Source: an uncultured Verrucomicrobiae bacterium (lineage in GTDB: Bacteria; Verrucomicrobiota; Verrucomicrobiia; Limisphaerales; JAFGQR01). Taken from it: a stretch of 64,000 nucleotides of DNA. Location: the NCBI GenBank assembly GCA_963788655.1, contig CAWBHS010000039.1, forward strand, positions 110,833 to 174,832, in the 5' to 3' direction. Numbering within the stretch: the stretch's first letter is position 1; every line of letters begins with the position of its first letter. The notes under the pieces were generated by a model, which saw only the letters and a list, made by a program, of their open reading frames with translations, had not been told where the DNA came from and did no database searches. Positions 20,167 to 30,785 of the stretch are shown one piece after another. The position numbers and the translations under genes were made by a program.

Positions 20167-22041
20167 ATGGAGCTATTACATCCCGGCGTATTTATTCAGG
20201 AAGTGTCCAGCGGCCTGCGGCCCATTGAAGGCGTCAGTACGTCCACCACGGCCTTCCTCGGCAAAGCGGAGAAAGGCCCATTGGACCGGGCCCTCATGGT
20301 CACGAGTTTTACCGAATTCGAGCGAACCTTTGGCGGATATTTGAATGACAGTTACCTGGCGCACGCCGCCCTGCAGTATTACAACAATGGCGGCAAACGC
20401 TTGTATGTCGTCCGCGTGGCCAAGGATGCGGAAACGGCTGACGTGAGCGTGCAGGATCGGAAAGGCGCCCCAGCCAAAACGATTACCATTGCCGCCACGA
20501 GCGCCGGAGCCTGGGGCAATGGCCTGGATGTGGTCATTGCCGATGGGTCGCAGGATCCGGGGGATGAATTCAAACTCACGTTGCAACAAGCCGGTAATGT
20601 GCTCGAAGTCCATGACAATTTGAGTATGAACCCGGACGCGCTCAACTTCGCCGAGAACGTCGTCAACGCGAAGTCGCAATTCATCCGGGTCGCGGTTGAA
20701 CCGGGCAACGATTCCAATGCCGACGGCACCAGCGTCAGCGGCGCCAGTCCGGCCACCAGCTTGCCGGCGGATCGACGCAAACTGCGTATCAATGTCGATG
20801 GCGACGGTTTTCAAACGATCACGTTGGCCAATCCCTGCACGACCGGCGCCGAAATTGCCACGGCCATTCAAACCGCGGTGCGAGCGTTGTCCCCACTGCG
20901 CGGCAGCACCGATGCCACCGCGTTGAGCGCGTTCACCGCGGGCTTTGCCGCCGGCGTTTACACGCTGACTTCCGGCGCCTCCGGCAAGAAATCCTCCGTG
21001 CAAGTGGCCAACGACCCGGTCGGCAACGCCGCTACGCTTTTGCGCCTAGGAACCACCAATGGCGGCTCGGAAACCACCGGTGCCGCCGTGCTCCGTCCGG
21101 CCAACGGCACTTACAACGTGGGTGACGCACCCGTCGCCGGCAATGTTGTGGGGGCGACGCTGGGCAGCGATGGCACCACGCCGCAGGACATCGATTTCAT
21201 GAACGCGTTCGCGCTGCTGGACATTGTGCGCGACGTGAACATTGTCGCCGTGCCGGGCATTGGCACCAAGGCAGTCGTCGAGCATGGGAGCAATTATTGC
21301 GGTCTGCGCATGGATTGCTTTTTTGTAGCCGACATGGCGCCCACCGATGACACCAAGGAAGAAGCGCAAACCTTCGTCAACAATCTGGCGGTCAAAAGTT
21401 CGTATGCAGCCGCGTATTTTCCCTGGTTAAATCCATCGATCCCACTGGCGCTTCACCCGATCCCATCCTCCTGCCGCCCTCGGGTTATGTCACCGGCATG
21501 TATGCGCGCATCGATGGTCGGCGTGGCGTTTGGAAAGCACCCGCGGGCACCGAAGCCAACCTGGGCGGTGCCGTTGGATTGGCCAAAGAAATCACCGATG
21601 CCGAACAGGACACGTTGAATCCGATTGGCGTCAATGTAATCCGCGCGTTCCCGTCTTCGGGCATTGTGATTTGGGGATCACGTCACGCTGGCCACGCGTT
21701 CCGACCCCGAATATCGCTACGTGCCCGTGCGACGGCTGGCGATCTTTCTCGAGCAAAGCATTTACAATGGCATTCAATGGGCCGTATTTGAGCCGAATGA
21801 TGAAGATCTCTGGGCCAGTTTGCGCCTGAACATCGGCGCGTTCATGATGAACATGTTCCGTGCCGGCGCGTTCCAGGGCCAAACACCCTCCGCCGCGTTT
21901 TTCGTCAAGTGTGACGGACAGACCAATCCGCAGGACCAAATCGATGCCGGCATTGTGACGATTCTGGTGGGCTTCGCTCCGGTGAAGCCGGCCGAATTTG
22001 TCGTGTTGAAGATCAGCCAAAAGGCCGGCCAGTCCGCTTGA
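20167..22041 (+). CDS. Contractile tail sheath protein; frameshifts near 21430 and 21684
   Basis: HPGVFIQE, TTAFLG, YYNNGG, then AAAYFPW, GVWKAPAG, LNPIGVNVIR, WGSR, VRRL, VFEPNDE, VGFAPVKPAEF across three frames. Confidence 0.95.
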
Positions 22042-22078
22042 ACCGCATTGTGACCTAGCGCTCCAAAGGAAGAATCTT

Positions 22079-22579
22079 ATGGCAAAGTTTACCGTCAATA
22101 CTCACCGCTTCGATCCGTATCGCAACTTCAAGTTTCGCGTCAAGGTCGATGGCCAATACGTCGCGGGATTGAACAAATGCAGCGCGTTGAAGCGCACCAC
22201 GGAAGTCACGCCCTGGCGCGAAGGCGGCGATCCCAGCACCAGCCGCCAGTTGCCGGGGAAAACCAAATACGAAGCCGTCACGCTCGAAGCCGGCCTGACC
22301 CACGATACCACCTTCGAGTCGTGGGCCAACCTGGTCCACAACTTCCAAGGCGACGCCGCGTCGTCTTTGAAGAACTTCCGCAAAGACATCATCGTGGACG
22401 TCTATAACGAGGCCGGGCAGAAGGTGCATTCGTATAAACTGTTTCGCTGCTGGGTTTCCGAATACCAGGCCCTTCCCGATCTCGATGCCAGTGCCAACGC
22501 CATTGCGATCCAGCACATCAAGCTCGAAAACGAAGGCTGGGAACGCGACACTTCGGTCACTGAACCGACGGAGACGTGA
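22079..22579 (+). CDS. Tail tube protein (T4 gp19-like)
   Basis: DPYRNFKFRV, REGG, PGKTKYEAVTLEAG, LDASANAIAIQHIKLENEG. Confidence 0.95.
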   Translation: MAKFTVNTHRFDPYRNFKFRVKVDGQYVAGLNKCSALKRTTEVTPWREGGDPSTSRQLPGKTKYEAVTLEAGLTHDTTFESWANLVHNFQGDAASSLKNFRKDIIVDVYNEAGQKVHSYKLFRCWVSEYQALPDLDASANAIAIQHIKLENEGWERDTSVTEPTET

Positions 22580-22650
22580 GGCCCGTTTACCGACCTACCG
22601 GAAATTGCGCATGAGGCAACTCAAACGGAATGGAGGCGTTGAACCGCTAA

Positions 22651-22884
22651 GTCCCGGAGGGACGCCCGACAATAGCCCACGGTTTCAACCGTGGGTATCG
22701 GGTTTGACAAAGAAGCCAAAGCCCCGAAGGGGCGAAAGAAACGTTGCGCTCGATTCCATGCCTCCTAGAATTGGGACGCGGTGGGAAACTCTGTCATTCT
22801 GTCGTCCCCTACGGGACTTATTCATATTCGCCGCTGTTACCCACCGATAAATCGGTGGGCTATTCTCGACCGTCCCTCCGGGAC
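22651..22884. repeat. Composite REP-like palindrome, family C
   Basis: Terminal 14-bp inverted repeat GTCCCGGAGGGACG/CGTCCCTCCGGGAC, inner AATAGCCCAC/GTGGGCTATT, sub-hairpins CCCACGGTTTCAACCGTGGG and CCCACCGATAAATCGGTGGG. Confidence 0.85.
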
Positions 22885-22933
22885 GATGTTGCCTCACCTA
22901 TTGGTTGCCCAGCGTTCAACTCCGCCATCGTCC

Positions 22934-23835
22934 ATGAACATTGCAACCTACTCAGACATTGTAATCTCACGCTGCCCGGAGGCGTTCTTAAGCCCGATGG
23001 CCCGGCGACCCGCACCGTCCGATTGCGCCCCATCACCGGCGAGGATGAAGAGTGGTTGTTTTCACTGGATGCGCCATTGCCTCAAGCCATGCTCGTGACC
23101 GAATTGTTGGCACGCTGCGTTAAGGACATTGGTTCCAAACGCGCCGACCGCGAAACCATCCGCCACCTCCTGGTGGCCGACCGCGAATTTCTGTTGCTCA
23201 AGCTGCACGCGCTCAGTTTTGGCGCGCGCGTTGAATTGGTCCGCCATTGTTCCCAGGCAAGTTGCGGCGCGAAAATGGACCTGGACTTTGATCTGACCGC
23301 GGTGCCCATCGAAGAACAGCCCGTGAAATCCGAGTATGAATTCGTATCTGGCGACGGCCCGCCCCACCGCTTTCGTTTCCGGTTGCCCGACGGCGCCGAT
23401 CAGGAAGCGGCCTGCGCCTGGGCCGATATGCCCGCCGAAGATATGGCCGCCCGGCTGCTCGCCCGTTGCCTGATGGACATCGACGGTAAATCGCCCGTGG
23501 AACCCGCCGACGTGCTGGCGTTGCCCGGCCCCGACCGCACCGCGTTGGAGAGCAAGATGGAGCGTTGCTCGCCCAGGGTGCATTTTGAGATGGAGGCCAC
23601 CTGCCCCCACTGCGGGCGCAGTTTCGACGCGCGCATCGATCCCGCGTCGTTTGCGCTGACAGAACTGCTGAATGCCCGAAGCGATTTCGAGCGCGAAGTC
23701 CACTTGCTGGCCTTTCACTATCATTGGTCCTTGCAGGAAATTCTCGGACTGCCCCGGCTGCGCCGCCGGCGTTACGTTTGGTTGCTTGCCCGGCAATTGG
23801 ATCAATCCACGAACTACGCCTACGCCGCTGCATGA
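22934..23835 (+). CDS. eCIS baseplate/assembly chaperone-like protein with two Cys pairs and a DUF6760-like C-terminus; probable frameshift near 22967
   Basis: TLPGG, LRPITGEDE, LLVADREFLL, CSQASC, FRLPDGADQ, CPHCG, EVHLLAFHYHWS; ATG 22934 is one base out of frame. Confidence 0.75.
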
Positions 23836-24808
23836 GCACGTTCTTGGAACACATCATCGCCTCCGGCGTGCAGGTGGTTGAACCCGCCGCCAAACGCCAC
23901 GGACCCAATGTGGCTTCTCCTCGGCTGGTGCCTGGGCTCGAAGCAGCGGATCTTGAGATCGAACGCGGCGTCGAAAACGCAACACAACCGTTCCCGCCAT
24001 CGAGTCCCACGCCGGCATCGCCAGGTGCGATACAGGCTGCCGCTGTGCGGTCGCGCCCCGGCGTGAGTAATCAGTTCGCTGACGGCAACGTACAACGCGA
24101 AGGTTCCCGATCTCCAACTCTCACGAGTGGCGCCGCCGAACCCTCATCGGCGTCTTCCGCACCGCAGGCGTCGGATTCTGAAGTGGCACCTTCTTCGGCG
24201 CTATTTCCTTCGCGCCCAGTTCCTGAACAACCCAGTCCAAAACCGTCCTTGCGAACTGTGGAGATTCGATCGGTCGATACGCTGCCGCCACTGGAAACGT
24301 CCCGCATGTCAGGCCGTCAACGGCCGGCGTCCCAGCCATCGTTGGCCGGTGCCCAAGTGCATCCCATCGCACCGGCATCCTCGAGTTCGACACCCATTTC
24401 ACGGAACATGCCGACTGCCGAGCCTCGGACGGCGTCCGTGCCGAAAGCACGTGTCCGCAGAGACACGATCCGAACGAATTCGATAAGCTGCCGAAGACGC
24501 CGGAGCCCGCTCGGTCACAATCTAATCGCAGCACCGCCAGCCCCGCGCAGCGATCCAGCCACGGCAACGACTTCTCCCGATCCCAGTCATTGTCCGCACC
24601 TCAACCTTGGGCGCCGGCGGCCCTGCCCAGCGTTTCCTCGCCGGCGCGCGGTTTGGTCATCAAGCATCTCGAAGTCCGCGTAATCCAGCCGCCGCCGCCG
24701 CAACCACCCGTGCCGGCGCCGGCATCCGAACCCGAACCCCATCGCCCGCCGCGTCCACCGTCCGGCGCCTGGACCAATGCCGCCCGCTACTACCTCCGCG
24801 GAATTTGA
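23832..24808 (+). CDS. Pro/Ser/Ala-rich low-complexity eCIS protein (frameshifted)
   Basis: ATG overlaps the upstream stop (ATGA); C-terminal LVIKHLEVRVIQPPP...RYYLRGI is in another frame and ends 6 bp before Pvc16. Confidence 0.6.
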
Positions 24809-24814
24809 ACCGGC

Positions 24815-25633
24815 ATGAGTGCGAGCATTGGAAAAGTGACGGAGTCATTGAAGAGCCTGCTCGAAGCGCAGATGACTCCGGCCACCGATGTCACGTTGTT
24901 GTCGCCGGCGGAGAAAAGTTCGCACAACACCCGCATCAATCTCTTTCTCTATCGCGTGACACCCAACGCGCATTTGAACAACCAGGATTGGCGTCCGAAG
25001 CCCGGCACCACGAACCAGCTTGTGGCACCCCCGTTGACATTGAACCTGTATTACTTGCTCACCGCCTACGCCCCGGTCGATCCGAACAGCGGTTTGGTCG
25101 ATGCGCATGGGCTGTTGGGCGAAGCCATGCGGGTGCTGCACGAAAACGCCATCCTGCCGCAAGCCGTGCTGGAAAGCGGCCTCAAGCCCGGCAGTGTCAA
25201 GGTGACGCCAACATCGCTGGACATGGAGGAAATAAGCAAAATCTGGCTGGCGTTGCAGCAGGACTTTCAATTGTCCGCCGGCTACGAAGTGTCCTACGTC
25301 GAAGTGCCGGCCAAGACCGAACGCCCCTTGCCGACGCGCGTGAATCAAACCGAACTCGAAGTGCGCGCCACGATGCGTTCGCCCAAGGTGCTGGACATGA
25401 CGCCCAGTTCCGGACCAGTCGGCACCGACCTGAATTTCACCGGTGAAAACCTAAACAACTGGAAAGCCACCGTGTTTGTCGGTGGCCAGGTCGCCGCCAA
25501 AGATGCTCTCCTGTTCGACGATCACACCTTCACCGCCAAAGTGCCGCCCGGCTTGGCGATTGGGCTCTACGCCGTCGAAGTCAACGTCGGCAACCTGGCC
25601 AAATTCCAGGCAACGTTCGAGGTCACCGCATGA
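24815..25633 (+). CDS. Pvc16/Afp16 (DUF4255) tail terminator-like protein with C-terminal IPT/TIG-like domain
   Basis: INLFLYRVTPN, PPLTLNLYYLLTAY, ISKIW, SAGYEVS; then PKVLDMTPSSGPVGTDLNFTGENL. Confidence 0.88.
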   Translation: MSASIGKVTESLKSLLEAQMTPATDVTLLSPAEKSSHNTRINLFLYRVTPNAHLNNQDWRPKPGTTNQLVAPPLTLNLYYLLTAYAPVDPNSGLVDAHGLLGEAMRVLHENAILPQAVLESGLKPGSVKVTPTSLDMEEISKIWLALQQDFQLSAGYEVSYVEVPAKTERPLPTRVNQTELEVRATMRSPKVLDMTPSSGPVGTDLNFTGENLNNWKATVFVGGQVAAKDALLFDDHTFTAKVPPGLAIGLYAVEVNVGNLAKFQATFEVTA

Positions 25634-27829
25634 AAACCAAAGCCGCCATTCCGTTTGCCTCCGGACGCGAACATCTGGTCGCCGAATTGGCGTGGCTGGA
25701 TCGGTGCCTGGCGCTGCAAGTGCGGTTGTTTCATCGCGAGCTGGGAAACGAAAGCGGCCACGGCTGGTTCTTGTCGCGTCGCGAAATCGAATCGTTGGTT
25801 GAAACCGCGCCAGCAACTGAGCCGGAAGAATCAGTCCAAGCGCGCGTGGAAATACTCCAGTCCCGTCGCGAATTGGATGCACGCAAGCAAGCCGGCGTCA
25901 AAAAGGGCGCCTTCCTTCCGCTGGCCTTCATCGCCGGTGTATTTCGATTGTCACGCCATCGAAGAACTGGCGCTGCTCGTGACCTTGGCCGGCGAACTCG
26001 ACAGCAAATACAGCAAGCTGTACGCGTATCTACAGGACGACGTCACCCGCAAGTTGCCCAGCCTCGACCTGGTCTTTCAATTCGCCCGGACTGCCGGCCT
26101 GAGCGAGCCGGCCCAAGTTGGCATGTTCAACCCGGCAGCGCCTTTGTTCTCCTGGCAACTTGTCCACGTGACCGGCGATCCGGCGCTGCCGACACACCGG
26201 TTGTTGCAGCACCTCGTCGTTGACCAACGGGTATTGAGCTTGGTCTTTGGGACTGCGCCAAAGTGATGACCAACTCCGCCCCATTCTGCGCCGCTTGCCG
26301 ACCCGTCAAGGCTCTGAGACAACGGCCCAGCCGTATCGCGATTTGATCGAGCCAATGCGGCGAATGCTCAAATTGACTGGCAAACGATTGGTCGCTTGCT
26401 TTCACGGACCCGCCGCCTCTGAGGGCCTGCAAATCGCCCAAGAAATTTGCCGCGAACAACGGCTGGGTCTGGTGCATGCCGACCTCAGTGCGCTGGTGGC
26501 GACCGCCGCCGCCGGTGGTTTGTCGTGCGTCGATGGCTTGCGCCGGATTTATCGCGAAGCATTGCTCCAAACCGCCGCCGTCTATTTGTCCGGCTTCGAC
26601 GCCCTGCTGGAAGATCCCGCGCCAACCTGGCGTTGCCGGTCCTGGAGGAAATTCTGCGCGATGCCTCATGGATCACCTTCATCGAAGCACGCCAGCCCTG
26701 GATCATGCGGACATTGGCGGACGATCTGGTGGTTTTGCCGTTTGCATTGGCGGTGCCGGATTATGCGTCGCGCCTTGGCCAATGGAAGCAGCAGCGCAAC
26801 GGTGACGACAAATCATTGCCCGACCGCGAGCTTGAATCGGTGGCGGCGCGCTACTGTTTTAACACCGCTGAAATTGACGACACGATGCGCCTGGCTCGGG
26901 GCCGAACGCAGATGCGCGCGCAGAAGGATCGGGCCGTCCGCATCGACAACGTCCTGTGGGCCTGCCGCATGCGATCGGCGGCGAACTTCGGTTCGCTGGC
27001 GCGGGTGACGGTGCCTCGCGCGACCTGGGACGATCTGGTTTTGCCTGACGACGTGCTGGCCGCATTGCGCGAACTCTGCGCCCAGGTGCGCCAACGTGCG
27101 CGGGTGTTGCACGAATGGGGCTTCGACCGCCGGCTCTCGATGGGGAAGGGATTGCACGCGTTGTTCGTCGGACCCAGCGGCACCGGCAAAACGTTGGCGG
27201 CGGAAGTCATTGCGTCCGCACTCGGCCTGGGCTTGGTGAAAGTGGATTTGGCCGGTGTAGTGAGCAAATACATCGGGGAAACCGAGAAGAATCTCCAACG
27301 CATCTTCGAAAGCGCCGAACGCAGCGATGCCATTTTGTTCTTCGACGAGGCGGACGCGCTGTTCGGCAAGCGTTCCGAAGTCAAGGACGCTCACGACCGC
27401 TACGCCAACATCGAAATCAATTTCCTGCTCCAGCGTCTCGAGGAATACGAAGGCGTGGTCGTGCTCGCCAGCAACCTGGCCCAAAACATCGACGAGTCGT
27501 TCGCGCGCCGGCTCCACTTTACCGTCGAGTTTCCGTTTCCCAACGAGGCGTGTCGGGAAGCGATCTGGCGCCATCATTTTCCGCCCGAGACGCCGGTGGA
27601 CCCGGACGTTGATCTGCCCTGGCTCGCGAAGCAAATCAAAGTTCCCGGCGGCAGCATCCGCAACATCGTGTTGAACGCGGCGTACTTGGCTGCCGACCGC
27701 AATCGCCCCGTGCAGATGGACCATTTACTCCAGGCTGCGCGCCGCGAGTTTGACAAGATGGGCAAGCCGTACCTGAGCGAAGAATTCACCGGACCCGCTG
27801 CGGTGGCGGTGAACGGAGGCAAGTCATGA
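25630..27829 (+). CDS. Afp15/Pvc15-like AAA+ ATPase; frameshifts near 25955, 26260 and 26630
   Basis: YAYLQDDVTRKLP, WDDLVLP, Walker A GPSGTGKT, SKYIGETEKNL, ILFFDEADALFGKRSEVKDAHDRYAN. Confidence 0.93.
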
Positions 27830-28170
27830 TCGAGATTGATCGAATGCAGATCACGTTGGAGAACGCGGCATTGGACGAACGCCAGGCAAATGCGGTCGTT
27901 ACTCGCGCGTTGGAGTTGTTGGAAAACCACTGTAACGAATCCAACCAATGGAACGGTCGCGTGGACGACATGGTTCTGCCGCCAATGGAACTCAATTCCG
28001 AAAGCTTGAGCAACGATCAGTTGTCAGAGCAAATGGCCGCGGAAATGTATGCGACAGTAGCTGCGTTCGTGAGAACGCGGCTGACTTCAAATGAAAACGC
28101 CGCACCCACTCCAGTCAGCCGTGTTCTCACGAACGCAGCTACGCCAACTGAACGTTCCGAGAACCAATAA
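27826..28170 (+). CDS. Small hypothetical eCIS protein with a palindrome in its 3' end
   Basis: ATGA overlap with the ATPase stop; IEIDRMQITL start; ends 2 bp before the next gene. Confidence 0.65.
   Translation: MIEIDRMQITLENAALDERQANAVVTRALELLENHCNESNQWNGRVDDMVLPPMELNSESLSNDQLSEQMAAEMYATVAAFVRTRLTSNENAAPTPVSRVLTNAATPTERSENQ
28057..28142. repeat. REP-like palindrome, family D (intragenic)
   Basis: 30-bp arms GTAGCTGCGTTCGTGAGAACGCGGCTGACT / AGTCAGCCGTGTTCTCACGAACGCAGCTAC, 29/30 match. Confidence 0.88.
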
Positions 28171-28172
28171 CC

Positions 28173-28835
28173 ATGCCCAACGGATTCTCCAATCAACCCA
28201 AGTTGCTCAAAGGCGCGTTCGTGGATTCGAACCTCCTCGCGTTCCCGCCGCTGATTGTGCCGTTCCAATTTAATCCGGAACGCATGACGCGGCGCAAATC
28301 CACCAATATCCGCACACCGCGATCCCGTCGCGGCCAGGAGGAACAGACACCTTCGAGCGAGGCACTCGGCCAAGCGCAAACCGTCCGAACGTCGCCGGAA
28401 ACCATCAGCTTTGACCTGCGGCTTGATGCGACTGATGCGTTGGATGGCGGCGATCCGATTGCCGGCGAATTCGGCGTGCTGCCGGCTTTGTCTGCCTTGG
28501 AGATGATGATTACGCCGCGCTCCGAATCGTTCTTTGGCGGCCTGCTGGGATTGTCGGCGGACTTTGGTTTCGGGGATCGCCGCAGCACGCCGGTGTTGAT
28601 TTTCGTTTGGGGCCGGCAACGCATTTATCCCATCCGCCTGACCGATCTCAACATCCAGGAAATTGAGTATAATCCGAATCTCAATCCCACGCGCGTAACC
28701 GCCGCGGTCAGCATCCAGGTCATCGCGGGAGACAATCCGTTTTATTTATTTACCCAAGCACAGCGTGAACTCCTGGCCGCGCTCAACCTGGCCAACGCAC
28801 CGGATCTGGCGCGGTCGATTGTCAATATTGGGTGA
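28173..28835 (+). CDS. CIS tube initiator (Afp7-like)
   Basis: LLKGAFV, VPFQFNPERMTR, PETISFDLRLDATD, GVLPALSALE, LIFVWG, NLNPTRVT. Confidence 0.8.
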   Translation: MPNGFSNQPKLLKGAFVDSNLLAFPPLIVPFQFNPERMTRRKSTNIRTPRSRRGQEEQTPSSEALGQAQTVRTSPETISFDLRLDATDALDGGDPIAGEFGVLPALSALEMMITPRSESFFGGLLGLSADFGFGDRRSTPVLIFVWGRQRIYPIRLTDLNIQEIEYNPNLNPTRVTAAVSIQVIAGDNPFYLFTQAQRELLAALNLANAPDLARSIVNIG

Positions 28836-28910
28836 AGAGGGAACCACGAATGGACACGAATGAACACAAATGCGGCAGCAAGCTGCGACAAAGCCGGAGG
28901 CTTATAGGGG

Positions 28911-29203
28911 TGAACGGCTCAAAGCTGAAGCTGGTTTGTCTGCCGGCTTGCGAATCACAGGGTGATATTACTGCGAACGTGCCCTTCCCCCTCACTCCAA
29001 CCCTCTCCCTCAGGGAGAGGGAGCACGTTCGGCGCCCGCGCGGAACAACGACCGTGCTCCCAGCCCTCGTTGCCCAGGCATGTATCCCAAAGCCGGCGGG
29101 GAGGACTGCGACGCCACCAAAGATCCCGACGGGCTCGATAGCTCTTCCCTCTCCCTGGGGAGAGGGTCAGGGTGAGGGGAACCGCCAGCGCCAATTGTTC
29201 AAC
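28911..29203. repeat. ~290-bp element, family E copy 1
   Basis: Diverged direct repeat of 32615-32909; core TTCCCCCTCAC(T/C)CCAACCCTCTCCC...GGGAGAGGG(T/C)CAGGGTGAGGGGAA inverted repeat. Confidence 0.82.
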
Positions 29204-29300
29204 GGCAGCCGATCTTCCCGAAGCAGTCAACCTCTGACAGTCCTTCGGCAAAGCTCGATGTTTTCCCTCCGAATAAGAACTTCACCGTTAAGGACTCAAC

Positions 29301-29588
29301 ATGGTCTATAAAGGCTCTCGTTACAGCAAATCGAACGTGATCGCGCCCGTGAACAGCGCCGGGCAATCACCGCGCGTGCTGGCGGCGCGAGAGATTCCCC
29401 AAACGCGCGGCGTGGTGGAACACGTCGTGGTCGCCGGGGAGCGGCTCGACCACATCGCGCAACGCTATTACAGCGATCCAAAGAAGTCCTGGCTGATTCT
29501 CGACGCCAATCCCGATGTATTGAATCCGCTCGACCTCCTTCAGCCGGGCCGGCGTTTGAACATTCCGCAGAACCGCATCGTAAGCTGA
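29301..29588 (+). CDS. LysM/tail-X-like baseplate protein
   Basis: SRY, HVVVAGERLDHIAQRYYSDPKKSWLILDANP, PGRRLNIP. Confidence 0.85.
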   Translation: MVYKGSRYSKSNVIAPVNSAGQSPRVLAAREIPQTRGVVEHVVVAGERLDHIAQRYYSDPKKSWLILDANPDVLNPLDLLQPGRRLNIPQNRIVS

Positions 29589-30783
29589 TGATCACCGAAG
29601 TTGCCAATCTCTCGATCAACGGCCGCCCGCAGGACGACCTGGTGCCCGACATTGTCGAGATCGAAGTGCAGGAAGACGTGTCCGCCGCGGACGTGTTCCG
29701 CGTGCGCCTGGCCATGACGCCCGGCAGCGATGGCGCCTGGTCGCTGGTGGATGACGATCGCTTCGCATTGTGGAACCGCGTGGCGCTCGAAGCGGGTTAT
29801 CCCGAAGACACTGAAATGCTCATCGACGGCTACATGACGCACATCGAGGTTTGTTTTTCGAACGAAGACGGCGGGGTGTATTTGGAAATTTCCGGCATGG
29901 ACGCCACCGCGCGGTTGGATCTCGAGGAAAAGCAACGCGCCTGGGTCAACAAAAAGGACAGCGAGATTGCCCAGGAAATCTTTCTCGCCACGGCCTGAGT
30001 TACGAAGTCGAAGACACCGTGGCGCGATTGGCGGAGGATGATGCCACCGTATTGCAGACCGAGACTGACATGCGATTTCTGCGGCGGTTCGCGGCGCGCA
30101 ACGGCTTCGAATGTTACGTCAAAGCCGGCAAGGGATTCTTCCGCAGTCCGTCGATGGAAGAACCGCCGCAACCCATGCTGGCCGTCGATTTTGGCGAGGA
30201 AACCAATTTGATTCAGCTCCGGGTCAAAGCCGACGGCACGCCGGCCACCCAAGTTGAAATCCGGCGCATCGATCCGCTGGAAAAACAGGAGGAGTCTGAG
30301 AAGCTGGATCAAACGCCGCGCCGCGAATTGGGCGCGCAGGCACTCTCCGCACTGCGGTCCGGTCAGCCCGATGGCCGCGTTCTCGTCCGCCAACAACCGT
30401 CCGCGTCATCGCAGGAAATGCGCGGCCGCCTCCGCAACGCTTACCAGCCGGCCACCGAATTTGTCCGGGTCGAAGGCGAAGTCGATTCGCGTCCTTATGG
30501 GCACGTGCTGCGGGCTAAGAAATTGGTCACGATCAAGGGCGCTGGGGAGCGGTTCAGCGGATTGTATTACGTGACCCGCGTCCGCCACACGTTTACGGTC
30601 GAAGGGTATGCGCAACATTTCGAGGCCTACCGCAACGGGCTGGGTCTGACGGGCGATGAGGAATTCGGCGCATCCTTGTTGCCGCTGGCCGTGCCCGGCG
30701 GCCTGGGCAATTCCAGCGTCAGCGCCGGCAACCGCGTCTTGCCCGCCCAACAACAAACCGCCACCGTCCCTGCAGGAGTTTAA
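29588..30783 (+). CDS. Baseplate hub (phage late control D / gp27-like); frameshift near 29990
   Basis: EIEVQED, LIDGY, KDSEIA, QTETDMRFLRRFAARNGF, GAGERFSGLYYVTRVRH. Confidence 0.85.
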
Positions 30784-30785
30784 TC

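Noticed and set aside
22934..22975. Programmed frameshift as in phage tail assembly chaperones
   Set aside because: No slippery heptamer at the shift, it is near the 5' end, and similar indels occur throughout the window
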